In this document: piece after piece, positions 20,718 to 29,439 of the stretch
Position numbering within the stretch: position 1 is the stretch's first letter
Layout: each line of letters starts with the position of its first letter
Assembly: GCA_019894885.1 (NCBI GenBank)
Contig: JAGXNP010000003.1
Coordinates: forward strand, 1 to 47,080
DNA: 47,080 nt
Reading direction: 5' to 3'
Origin: Promethearchaeota archaeon
GTDB taxonomy: Archaea > Asgardarchaeota > Lokiarchaeia > Sigyniarchaeales > SOKP01
The notes under the pieces: model-generated
The model's input: only the letters and a program-made list of their open reading frames with translations
What the model was told of the DNA's origin: nothing
Database searches by the model: none
Made by a program: the position numbers and the translations under genes

Positions 20718-20915
20718 TTGGAACGGAAAAAAATGTATGGTATAATTCTATTTGTTGTAGGATTAGTATTTATTCTTGTAAATGTAATTGTGGTTTATCC
20801 ATTTATTAATTGCTCTTATGCTCCTCTTACATTTTGGATTCTCGCAATTGTAGGTGTTTCAGGTGGAATATTATTATTTTTTGATATAAGATTATTCTCT
20901 TCCGAGGAGGATTAA
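20718..20915 (+). CDS. Small 2-TM membrane protein
   Basis: 65 aa with two hydrophobic segments; TTG start preceded by GGATGTGA. Confidence 0.55.
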   Translation: MERKKMYGIILFVVGLVFILVNVIVVYPFINCSYAPLTFWILAIVGVSGGILLFFDIRLFSSEED

Positions 20916-20927
20916 AAAAAAGCATAC

Positions 20928-20950
20928 AAAAAAAAATCTTTTTTTTTTTT
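20928..20950. terminator. Bidirectional oligo-T terminator between convergent genes
   Basis: A9-TC-T12 between the stops of 20718..20915 (+) and 20975..22015 (-); archaeal termination occurs at T-tracts. Confidence 0.5.
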
Positions 20951-20974
20951 AATATTATTCTTTTTCTAGATCTC

Positions 20975-22015
20975 TTATCTATTCAATTTTTGCTGAATAT
21001 GATTCCATACTGTATCTGCTTTTAGTTGCTCATATGGTTTTTTTTGGAATTGAGACTTACAAAGCTCGTATATTGTGTTATTATAAGGAGCTGATATTCC
21101 CCAATTTTTCGCGAGATTAACGATATACCCATTTAAATGTTCAAGTTCGGATTGTGTTTTTTGACGCATGATGATATCTTGAGTCATACTATTCGGGCCG
21201 GAAGCTTCTAATCTATTTATAAGCATAATCCCTGATTTTTCGTCTGAACCTTGAACCGTTTTTTTCAACACATTCCAGGGAATTAATCCAGGTAATCTAT
21301 GTTCTTTGAAACCAGCAGCTTCAAAAATACTAATTCCCTCAACTAGGGTATTATAGTAGATATGTCCTAATATTGAAACCGATTTTTTATCTATTTCAGT
21401 GTGGTTAATTAGAGTTATTATCGAGTTTGATAAATTGAAAATCAATTTAGTATGAATTGCATCTTGAATATTTTGAGAGATTTTGAATTTGAATCCTCTA
21501 ATGAAGCTATATTTAATAGTTTTCATCTCAGCTTGAAGAGAGTTAGTTAGAGTACCAATAATAACATAACCTTTGATATTATAACCATATATACCAGGTT
21601 CATCTCTCCACGCGGATAAAATGATAACACCGTATATAATCTTTGAAAAATATTTCGGTAAAATTTTTTGATTTTCAACACCATTTTGTAGAGCAATAAC
21701 CAAAGGTTTATCTCCGACTTTAGCGTAGATATCCTTAGCTACTTCTTCAAGATCATAATTTTTGACTGCAATTATTACGACATCGATTTTCTCAAGTTCG
21801 TTTAAATCCTCAATTATATTAACTTTAATTACATTCTTGTTTTCCAGCGTGTTTTCGTATATCACTAATCCTTTAGTTTTTATAACTCGAGCGTTCTCTC
21901 CTCGCGCTAATAGATAAATCTTATCGTAATGAGAACTTAACCATCCTCCAATTGTAGCTCCTATTGCTCCAGCGCCATATATAACGATTACAGGTTTATT
22001 CTGGGTTATTTCCAT
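20975..22015 (-). CDS. Ketopantoate reductase (PanE/ApbA) family protein
   Basis: YGAGAIG, AVKNYD, LQNG, KLIFN, SMTQD, ELEHLNG. Confidence 0.85.
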   Translation of the reverse strand: MEITQNKPVIVIYGAGAIGATIGGWLSSHYDKIYLLARGENARVIKTKGLVIYENTLENKNVIKVNIIEDLNELEKIDVVIIAVKNYDLEEVAKDIYAKVGDKPLVIALQNGVENQKILPKYFSKIIYGVIILSAWRDEPGIYGYNIKGYVIIGTLTNSLQAEMKTIKYSFIRGFKFKISQNIQDAIHTKLIFNLSNSIITLINHTEIDKKSVSILGHIYYNTLVEGISIFEAAGFKEHRLPGLIPWNVLKKTVQGSDEKSGIMLINRLEASGPNSMTQDIIMRQKTQSELEHLNGYIVNLAKNWGISAPYNNTIYELCKSQFQKKPYEQLKADTVWNHIQQKLNR

Positions 22016-22223
22016 AAAATACCAGATCTCATTCTTTTATTTTATTTAAATTAAATTTGAGAGCATAGGTTAACTTTAAATTGATATAATTATTGGCCTA
22101 ATCTTTTTTTATAATAGAGGTAATATTAAATTTTATATTAATTTACATTTAAAAAAAAACTAAAAATGATTTGCAGAGAAGTTTGAGATGAAAGCTTCAA
22201 TTTTAGATAGAACCAAATCGATT

Positions 22224-22240
22224 GCTAAATTCAATTTAGC
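22224..22240. promoter_or_regulatory. Perfect 17-bp palindrome, candidate transcription-factor site
   Basis: GCTAAATT-C-AATTTAGC near the middle of the divergent panE-like/Rab-like intergenic region. Confidence 0.3.
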
Positions 22241-22415
22241 TTTAGAATAATCTCAATTTAAATGTGAAAGTAGAAAATTTTTTAAACTTATGTTCTTTTA
22301 AGTGAATACTAAGGAAGTATAATAATTGCTTTCTGTTTTGGTATAAGAATAGTTTTTTACAGATTTTAAATTAATCAATGACTTGATAACACATATAATG
22401 AAGAGATTCTAGTTA

Positions 22416-22979
22416 ATGGAAATTAAAACTCCAAAAATTGATTTAACATTTAAAATGTGTATATTTGGAGATTCACATGTTGGTAAATCAACATTGATCA
22501 ACCGATATATTACTGCTAAATTTGATCATGACCTCAAGTCGACTTTAGGAGCGGCAATTTTGATGAAATTCATAGAAACGGAAACTACGAGAATAACACT
22601 TCAAATTTGGGATTTTGGTGGAGAAAATAGGTTTACTTCTCTTTTACCTAGCTATGCTCAAGGATCATCTGCAGCAATTTTTATGTGCGACATTTCTAAT
22701 CATGATAGCATTACGAATATAGATAAATGGTTCTTGAAATTTAACGAAGGACTGAACAATCGGGATCCAAAATTTCCTCTAATTATAGTTGGTGGAAAGT
22801 TGGACTTAGAAGAACAGCGATCTTTTAATAAAAAAGATATTGAAACTATCTTTACAGTACGAAAAGAATTTGATTACCTCGAATGCTCTTCAAAAACCGG
22901 AGAAAATGTAAATTTGCTTTTTAAAACTATTGTCGATAAAGTGTTGATTTATAGAAAGATTAAGCCATCTATAAGATAA
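22416..22979 (+). CDS. Rab-like small GTPase
   Basis: G1 GDSHVGKS, G2 STLG, G3 LQIWDFGGE, 'RFTSLLPSY', G4 GGKLD, G5 ECSSKTGENV; no C-terminal Cys. Confidence 0.9.
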   Translation: MEIKTPKIDLTFKMCIFGDSHVGKSTLINRYITAKFDHDLKSTLGAAILMKFIETETTRITLQIWDFGGENRFTSLLPSYAQGSSAAIFMCDISNHDSITNIDKWFLKFNEGLNNRDPKFPLIIVGGKLDLEEQRSFNKKDIETIFTVRKEFDYLECSSKTGENVNLLFKTIVDKVLIYRKIKPSIR

Positions 22980-23048
22980 AATCTAATCTCAATTTTCCTT
23001 TTAGGCTTAAATTAACTTTTTAAGTAGTAGATCCTTTAATTTTATAAG

Positions 23049-23777
23049 ATGGAAGGGGTAAACATTTGGGAAAATGCCAGTTGGACCGTACAGGCACGAA
23101 ACATAATTAAAGCTGTTAAGCAATTCCCAGAAAGCTCTAAAATAATTGTAATTCTGCGACATTCGCATAGAAATAATCCTAAAGAGTCTGAAAAGATGCA
23201 TGAGTTAAAATTAACACCTCAAGGTCATCAGATCGCTAAAATTTTTGGTCAAAAGTTACCCTTATCAAGAAAAATTAGATTGTTTCATAGCGTTGTAGAT
23301 CGCTGTCAAGAAACAGCAGAAGATATTTTGACGGGATTTGAAAGTGTTGGAGGAAAGGGAACCTTAAATGGAGCACTAACTCCGCTATTCCATGCGGGAA
23401 CCGCTCCAAAATTCTTTTTAAATGTTTTTAAAAATGAGTCCCCCATTGAATTTATATTTCGTTGGGCAGTTGGTTTCTATTCTCCTGATACAATAACCCC
23501 ATTTCAATCATACTGTCAAAATGCGGCGGAAATTATCTGGAAAAGAGTCAACGATGCTCAAGAAAGTGGAATAGATATCCACATCACACATGACATCTTT
23601 TTAATTGCGTTAAGATACGGGTGGTTTGGGTTACCTCCTGACCAAGAATGGATTCCTTTCTTGGGTGGTGTTGCATTTGTTTTAACCGAAAACGATATAA
23701 ACTTATTTGATAAAGATCGATTTTTCTCTATCCCTAATCCTTATTGGTGGAAAAGTAAAATTTCACCAAGACAATAG
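23049..23777 (+). CDS. Histidine phosphatase family protein (paralog of 3385..4125)
   Basis: ILRHS, LTPQG, HSVVDRCQETA, ITHD, WFGLPPD, YWWK. Confidence 0.85.
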   Translation: MEGVNIWENASWTVQARNIIKAVKQFPESSKIIVILRHSHRNNPKESEKMHELKLTPQGHQIAKIFGQKLPLSRKIRLFHSVVDRCQETAEDILTGFESVGGKGTLNGALTPLFHAGTAPKFFLNVFKNESPIEFIFRWAVGFYSPDTITPFQSYCQNAAEIIWKRVNDAQESGIDIHITHDIFLIALRYGWFGLPPDQEWIPFLGGVAFVLTENDINLFDKDRFFSIPNPYWWKSKISPRQ

Positions 23778-23811
23778 AGGCATAATCTTCATTAGTAAGG
23801 AAATAAAGGGT

Positions 23812-24225
23812 TTAGAATTCAAATCTGCACTTGGTACAGACTTTTTTTTTCATGTAAATCCTTCTTGGGACGTAAGTAATAATACGAGTTTTATCGTCTA
23901 CTTCTTTAATGGAAAAACCCGTTGCTCCACAATTTGGACATTTTCTTTTATTTTGTCTAATATTAGTATCAGAGGGAGAAACAGTAACAACATCTTCTTT
24001 TGGCACTTTAATTGTCTCGACTGGGGGGGTTTTAAATTGAACTGGTTTTGATTGTTGCTGCAATTTCTGGATTTGAGCTTTTAGTTCGAAATTTTCATCT
24101 TTTAACAGACTTATTTGAATTTCACTTTTCTCCAGAAGTTCGAATAATTCTGAAATCTGGGTTTCCAATTGGTTAAGTTCCTCATCGTATTCTTGCGGCA
24201 AGTCATCTAAATTATTATACATCAT
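23812..24225 (-). CDS. Coiled-coil protein with C-terminal zinc ribbon
   Basis: Heptad-rich acidic N-terminus followed by CPNCG...CTKC. Confidence 0.75.
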   Translation of the reverse strand: MMYNNLDDLPQEYDEELNQLETQISELFELLEKSEIQISLLKDENFELKAQIQKLQQQSKPVQFKTPPVETIKVPKEDVVTVSPSDTNIRQNKRKCPNCGATGFSIKEVDDKTRIITYVPRRIYMKKKVCTKCRFEF

Positions 24226-24370
24226 TTATCCATATACCTCGCGTTTTTTACAAAGTTGTAATTCTAAAGCTAAATAAAACTTACGTTAGATTAAAATAAA
24301 TAGTTTATTCATCCATGAAAAAAAATTGTTTATAAACAAGAAATCAAAGTATAGAAGTAATTTTTACGAT

Positions 24371-25402
24371 TTATGAATAGTCGGTTTCTTTACCACAAAG
24401 GGGACAAATTTTAAGACCATATTCGATAAGGTTCTCACAAAAGCGACATTTCATTTTTAAACCTCTTCGCGATAAGATATGCGCTCCCACTGATAAATCT
24501 TCGATAAATTCCTTAGCAGTAACTTGATTAATAATCAAATAATCTCCATCGATTAAGAAGTTAAATTCTTTAGCCCATTGGAAAACCTTTTGAGTGAATA
24601 ATTTTTCGTCCATATCTAAAGCAACTCTGATCATGTCAAGCCTTAAACGATTAGAAACTTCCATCATCGACTTTATTCGTTCTATTTTTTCCTGCTCTTC
24701 CTTTTCCAGATGAATTTGCTCAGATGATTTGTATATTTTAGCTTGGTTTAAGAGTTCATAAAGTTTTTCTGTTTTTGACTTGTCTTTAGCATATATCTTT
24801 AATTGTTTTTTGAGTGCCATCAAAGTGTAAGAATTACCCTCTTTTGTTTGAATGTTTACCGCTGGTCCGATTTTTGAGGTGTCTATTAAAATTTTAAGAA
24901 TATTCAGTATTGGTATCTGATAAATTAATTTTTCATTAAACGGCTTAAAAGATAAAAAATCTTCGTTTAAAAATATAATACCCCTTTGAGAATCTAACAC
25001 CACCTTTCCATCATTTAAATCGTAATCTCTAAAGCTGCCAGTTGTTTCAAACAATATCGGACTCTCTTTTTTGAATGTCGATCTCGTCAACTCCCTAAAA
25101 AGATCTTCAGTAGCTTTCTTAGAAGTTGCATGTGAACTTTGTTCTTTCTTATGAGGATAAAAAGTGTATAATATTCCCAGAACGCTTAATAGTTCAATGG
25201 TTGGAAGCTGAAATCTAGTTTTCATCGCGAAATTTTGAATATCGCGAACTCTCAAGTGGAATGTTATTTTATCTTTTTCAGATTTAAACAAAAATTCTTT
25301 TTCTGTTAAAGTAATAGTACCTCTGGACTTTCTTGAGACAAGTGCCATATATGATGTTTGCCCCGTAGTAAAATTACCAAAGGATTCGAAAAGGATTACC
25401 AT
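24371..25402 (-). CDS. Tandem PH/GRAM-like domains + winged-helix-like domain + zinc ribbon
   Basis: Two similar units ('RGTITLTEKEFLF...LRVRDIQN' and 'RGIIFLNEDFLSF...IPILNILK'), each ending in a helix; then 'IKSMMEVSNRLRLDMIRVALDM...WAKEFNFLIDGDYL' and CRFC...CPLCG. Confidence 0.6.
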   Translation of the reverse strand: MVILFESFGNFTTGQTSYMALVSRKSRGTITLTEKEFLFKSEKDKITFHLRVRDIQNFAMKTRFQLPTIELLSVLGILYTFYPHKKEQSSHATSKKATEDLFRELTRSTFKKESPILFETTGSFRDYDLNDGKVVLDSQRGIIFLNEDFLSFKPFNEKLIYQIPILNILKILIDTSKIGPAVNIQTKEGNSYTLMALKKQLKIYAKDKSKTEKLYELLNQAKIYKSSEQIHLEKEEQEKIERIKSMMEVSNRLRLDMIRVALDMDEKLFTQKVFQWAKEFNFLIDGDYLIINQVTAKEFIEDLSVGAHILSRRGLKMKCRFCENLIEYGLKICPLCGKETDYS

Positions 25403-25606
25403 TTCACTTTCAATAATAGAAATTTAGTCATATATAATTTTACATTATACTTATGATTTAAAAATAATAATAAAAAAAAGGGGAAAAATCAAAACTAATA
25501 AAAAGTAAAAATCTCCTCCCATAGACATTTTATGCGTTTCTATTTTTCTGACATTTCCTAAAATATTTCTTTCTTACGCGTTCAAAATTTATTACTACAA
25601 TAATTT

Positions 25607-25858
25607 TTAATAACGACTTTCCGATCTAAAACTCTGGCGTGGCCCTTTCTCAACAACAGTTAAATCGGTTGCCTGAGGTCCTTTTTGACCTTCGGTAACT
25701 TCAAATTCAACGATATCTCCTTCGTAGATGATTTTAAATTCTTCGTCTTCCCCTTTAATAGCGGAAAAATGAACAAAGATATCGCCAGAACCATCTTCAC
25801 GAGTTATGAAACCATAACCTTTTCTAGAGTCAAACCATTTTACGGTTCCTTTAACCAT
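25607..25858 (-). CDS. csp: Cold-shock domain protein
   Basis: [15 protein letters not shown] (RNP1), DIFVHFSAI (RNP2), GQKGPQA. Confidence 0.95.
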   Translation of the reverse strand: MVKGTVKWFDSRKGYGFITREDGSGDIFVHFSAIKGEDEEFKIIYEGDIVEFEVTEGQKGPQATDLTVVEKGPRQSFRSESRY

Positions 25859-26168
25859 TTCTAATACACTTCTTTCTTACTAATTCTTTATGTTATTATA
25901 TAACTTATTTTTTGAAATATGTAGAGTACATAACTATAACCGTACTCTTCACCTTTGAAGTAACAACCATTAATAATAAATCTTGGTAAAATTGAATATA
26001 AGAAAGTAATAGAATTAGGTTTTAATTGAAATCTTTACAATTTTATTAATTTATGAACTAAAGTTTTTAAATCGAGATTAAAAAGTTATATATGAGATTT
26101 GATTTAAAATAATAACTCCCTCAATCCGGATTATATTGGTATCACCAAATCTCAATGGATGAATTATT

Positions 26169-26714
26169 ATGGCGAATCTGAACGATCTAACCGTTCCTTT
26201 ATTGGATCAATTAGCAAAAGAAATTGGAATCAAACTTAACAAAAAAGATAAGAAGCCAGATAAAATTTCTAAAATAAGAAGCGTTGGTCTTGAAGAACTA
26301 CAACTTAACCAATTAATACAAAAATATTACGACCAGAAATCTACCCCTAAAAAGACACGGAAAGATACGATTTCAGAGATAAAGGGTAGAGTTAAACTAC
26401 TTGAAGAACAAGTCAAATTTTTGATGTCAGAAATAAATGTATCTAAAATTTCTGTAATGAAAGAAGGAAACGACGATCTCTTAACCGTTACAACCGATTT
26501 AGCTGAAATCAAGAAATTTATTAAATCTCTTGTATCTCCGGGAGAACTTATTACGATTGATGAGTTAATTGAAATAAATGAAATTCAAAAAATACCTTTG
26601 ATTACTCTAAAGCATTCAATTTACGATCTAATTGACGAAAATGTGTTTGGTGTTGCGGAAGGCAACTCAAGGCAAAAAATTGGGGGAAAAATCGGAGTTT
26701 TGGTAAGAAAGTAA
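26169..26714 (+). CDS. Hypothetical protein: SAP/Rho-N-like N-terminus, coiled coil, possible C-terminal winged helix
   Basis: 'LNDLTVPLLDQLAKEIGIKL...KPDKISKI'; 'ISEIKGRVKLLEEQVKFL'; 'ITIDELI...LKHSIYDLIDE'. Confidence 0.6.
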   Translation: MANLNDLTVPLLDQLAKEIGIKLNKKDKKPDKISKIRSVGLEELQLNQLIQKYYDQKSTPKKTRKDTISEIKGRVKLLEEQVKFLMSEINVSKISVMKEGNDDLLTVTTDLAEIKKFIKSLVSPGELITIDELIEINEIQKIPLITLKHSIYDLIDENVFGVAEGNSRQKIGGKIGVLVRK

Positions 26715-26859
26715 TTAAAATATTAAGATCAGATTTGATTAAATGGATATCCTTTTTTTTTATCTCTGACCTATTTCAGATAATAGTGTAAAAATGGCAG
26801 TCTTTTTTTTATAATCAAAAACAATTTCACTATTAGATAATTTTTTTATATGAATACAA

Positions 26860-27669
26860 ATGGATTTATCGGACGAACAAATTAATAGGTATTCACGGCA
26901 GATTGTGCTAAAGGAAGTTGGTGGAATAGGCCAAAACAAGTTGCTAGATTCCAAAATTTCATTAATAGGATTAGGAGCTCTCGGATCCTCTGCTGCTTAC
27001 TATTTAGCTGCTGCTGGCGTCGGAACATTACAGATAATTGATTTTGATACCGTTGAATTATCAAATTTACATAGACAAATCCTTCATTTTACGAAGGATA
27101 TTAACAGTAAAAAAACTAGTAGTGCTGCAGATAAGCTAAACTCGTTGAATCCAGATTGTACTATTGAAATTGTTAACGATCACATTACTCCTAAAAATTC
27201 TAAAGCTTTACTTAAGGATTCGAACTTCGTTATTGAAGGTTCTGATAACATTCAAACTAAAATGCTCATAAACGATACATGTATTAGTTTAAAAATTCCT
27301 TTCACGATTGCGGGTGTATTGAGGTTCCACGGTCAAATTATGACTGTTGTTCCAGAAAAAAAGACATCATGTTATCGGTGCGTGTTCGGTGATATCACCG
27401 AGGTGGATTCAAGTATGTCGTGTTCTCAAGCGGGAGTAATTGGTTTCGTTCCTGGAGTTTTAGGTTGCCTAGAAGCCAATGAAGCGCTGAAATATATACT
27501 AAATATAGGTGATTTATTAACAAACAAAATAATGTATGTGGATCTTTTAAGAAACAGTTTTAATTTTATTGAAATACACAGAGATAATAAATGTATCGCA
27601 TGTGGGGACAACGCTAAGGATTTAGTTGAAGAAGCAAATTATGGGGGTTTAGATGCTTGCGATGAGTAG
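26860..27669 (+). CDS. moeB: MoeB/ThiF/UbaA E1-like adenylyltransferase
   Basis: RYSRQI, GLGALG, DTVELSNLHRQ, CYRC, catalytic SCSQAG, CIAC. Confidence 0.93.
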   Translation: MDLSDEQINRYSRQIVLKEVGGIGQNKLLDSKISLIGLGALGSSAAYYLAAAGVGTLQIIDFDTVELSNLHRQILHFTKDINSKKTSSAADKLNSLNPDCTIEIVNDHITPKNSKALLKDSNFVIEGSDNIQTKMLINDTCISLKIPFTIAGVLRFHGQIMTVVPEKKTSCYRCVFGDITEVDSSMSCSQAGVIGFVPGVLGCLEANEALKYILNIGDLLTNKIMYVDLLRNSFNFIEIHRDNKCIACGDNAKDLVEEANYGGLDACDE

Positions 27670-27925
27670 TATAGATAAACCAAGCTATAAAGAAAGCACT
27701 CAATTAGATATTCGAGGTAAAGTCTGTCCATTAACATTTGTTTACACTAAATTAGCATTAGAGGAACTAGAGACGGGTAGGATTCTAGAGGTATTTTTAG
27801 ATTTTCCTGCAGCTCTTAAGAATATTCCCGAAAGTTGTAGAAGACAAAATATTGCTGAATTATTAGAAATAAAGAAACACCATTCTGATAAACCGGAATG
27901 GATAATGATATTGAAAAAACTATAA
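27662..27925 (+). CDS. tusA: TusA/SirA-family sulfur carrier
   Basis: LDIRGKVCPLTFV, 'LEVFLD'; overlaps the E1 stop codon. Confidence 0.88.
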   Translation: MSSIDKPSYKESTQLDIRGKVCPLTFVYTKLALEELETGRILEVFLDFPAALKNIPESCRRQNIAELLEIKKHHSDKPEWIMILKKL

Positions 27926-28963
27926 ATGTCGGTGAGCTATTTCCTGAACGATATTACTAATGAGACCCCTATAGGTTTAGGTTTAATTTCTGGTGGTTTA
28001 GATAGTTTAATTGCATGTTTGGTTTTAAAATTACAGGGTATTAAAGTCGTTGCATTGAATTTCAAATCTCCATTTTGCATCTGTGATAAGGCCTATAAAA
28101 ATGTAGAATGCGGCTTAAATCTCTATTCCGATAAATTGGATATAAAAACTTATCATCTTCAGAAAGAAGACGATTATTTAGATGTAATTCAAAATCCTAA
28201 ATTTGGCTATGGTAAAAATTTGAATCCATGTATAGATTGTAGAATATACATTTTAAAGAAGGCAAAATTATTCGCTGAGAAAATTAATGCTGATTTTATT
28301 TTTACCGGTGAAGTCTTAGATCAGAGACCTAAGTCTCAGAATCTTAAAGCGTTAAGAATAATCGAGGAAGAATCAAATCTTAAAGGAAAATTGCTTAGAC
28401 CTTTATCTGCTTTAATGCTAAAACCAACTATTTTGGAACGAGAAGGATTAATTGATAGATCTAGGCTACTCGGGATTAAAGGGAGGAGTAGAAAAAAGCA
28501 ATTAGAACTCGCGAGAGCTCATGGTCTTTTGAACGAATATAACGCGTGTGGAGGATGTCTCCTTACAGAAAAAGAATTTGCTAATAGAATGAAAGACTAT
28601 CTTAAATTTAGCAAAAATCCTACCATGGAAGGGGTAACACTTCTAAAGTATGGCAGACACTTCAGATTTAATGGAGCTAAAATTATCATTGGGAGAAATG
28701 AATTAGAAAACGATTTTTTACTCCAACTAAAGGGATCGGATGGACTTATAATGGAAGCTTCCGATGTAAAGGGCCCGATAACCCTTATTCAGGGTAATGT
28801 TGAAGAGGCTGTAATTAAATTTGCTGCGAGATTGACATTAAGATATTCAGATGCTATAAAATCCCGGGGAGAAGTTATATATGGTAGAGATTCTAGCATC
28901 CTCAATGAATATTTATTAGTAGAAAAAGCAACTCAAGAATCATTAAAACCCTATCTTCTATAG
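27926..28963 (+). CDS. PP-loop tRNA thiouridylase-like protein (ThiI/MnmA-related, no THUMP) with C-terminal DUF814/NFACT-R-like domain
   Basis: SGGLDS PP-loop, PFCICD, NPCIDCR, TGEVLDQRPKSQ, LLRPLSA, CGGCLLT, GRHFR, GRNELEN. Confidence 0.8.
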   Translation: MSVSYFLNDITNETPIGLGLISGGLDSLIACLVLKLQGIKVVALNFKSPFCICDKAYKNVECGLNLYSDKLDIKTYHLQKEDDYLDVIQNPKFGYGKNLNPCIDCRIYILKKAKLFAEKINADFIFTGEVLDQRPKSQNLKALRIIEEESNLKGKLLRPLSALMLKPTILEREGLIDRSRLLGIKGRSRKKQLELARAHGLLNEYNACGGCLLTEKEFANRMKDYLKFSKNPTMEGVTLLKYGRHFRFNGAKIIIGRNELENDFLLQLKGSDGLIMEASDVKGPITLIQGNVEEAVIKFAARLTLRYSDAIKSRGEVIYGRDSSILNEYLLVEKATQESLKPYLL

Positions 28964-29019
28964 TTCAATACTTATCGTAGTGTAATATAAAAATACATAG
29001 GAGTTTGACTAAATTCTCT

Positions 29020-29307
29020 TTATCCTCCAGCTATTGCCGGCATTAGAAGAATTTCATCGTGATGGTTGACAATTGTATCTAAATTTTCAAGTGTACGTAT
29101 ATCTTTACCATTTAAACCTAAAATTATGTATCTACTTAAAGAATTCGGAGAATCTAATATCTTATTTTCAAAATTCTCTCCAAATTTAGAGATAAGTCTT
29201 CCTAGAATCTCCTTAATTGTAGCGTTATCTTGAACTGATATATTTAATTCTTTAATTTTAGTAATATCCGCTAATAACGATAAGAAATTTATTTTTATGT
29301 CAATCAT
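29020..29307 (-). CDS. MoaD/ThiS/SAMP ubiquitin-like sulfur carrier
   Basis: Beta-grasp pattern 'LNGKDI...LDT...DEILLMPAIAGG' with C-terminal Gly-Gly. Confidence 0.92.
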   Translation of the reverse strand: MIDIKINFLSLLADITKIKELNISVQDNATIKEILGRLISKFGENFENKILDSPNSLSRYIILGLNGKDIRTLENLDTIVNHHDEILLMPAIAGG

Positions 29308-29439
29308 TTGGATAATGTTAGGTTTTTTTATAATATCAATATTATATCCATTAACAAAAAAAAATTAAAAGAAATTAACTATTTTGGTTATAATTTGAAA
29401 ATATAATGTTCTTAGTGCAATTTAATATTAATCAGATCG

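Noticed and set aside
23707-24051. 114-aa plus-strand ORF
   Set aside because: Overlaps the phosphatase end and is antisense to the coiled-coil/zinc-ribbon gene.
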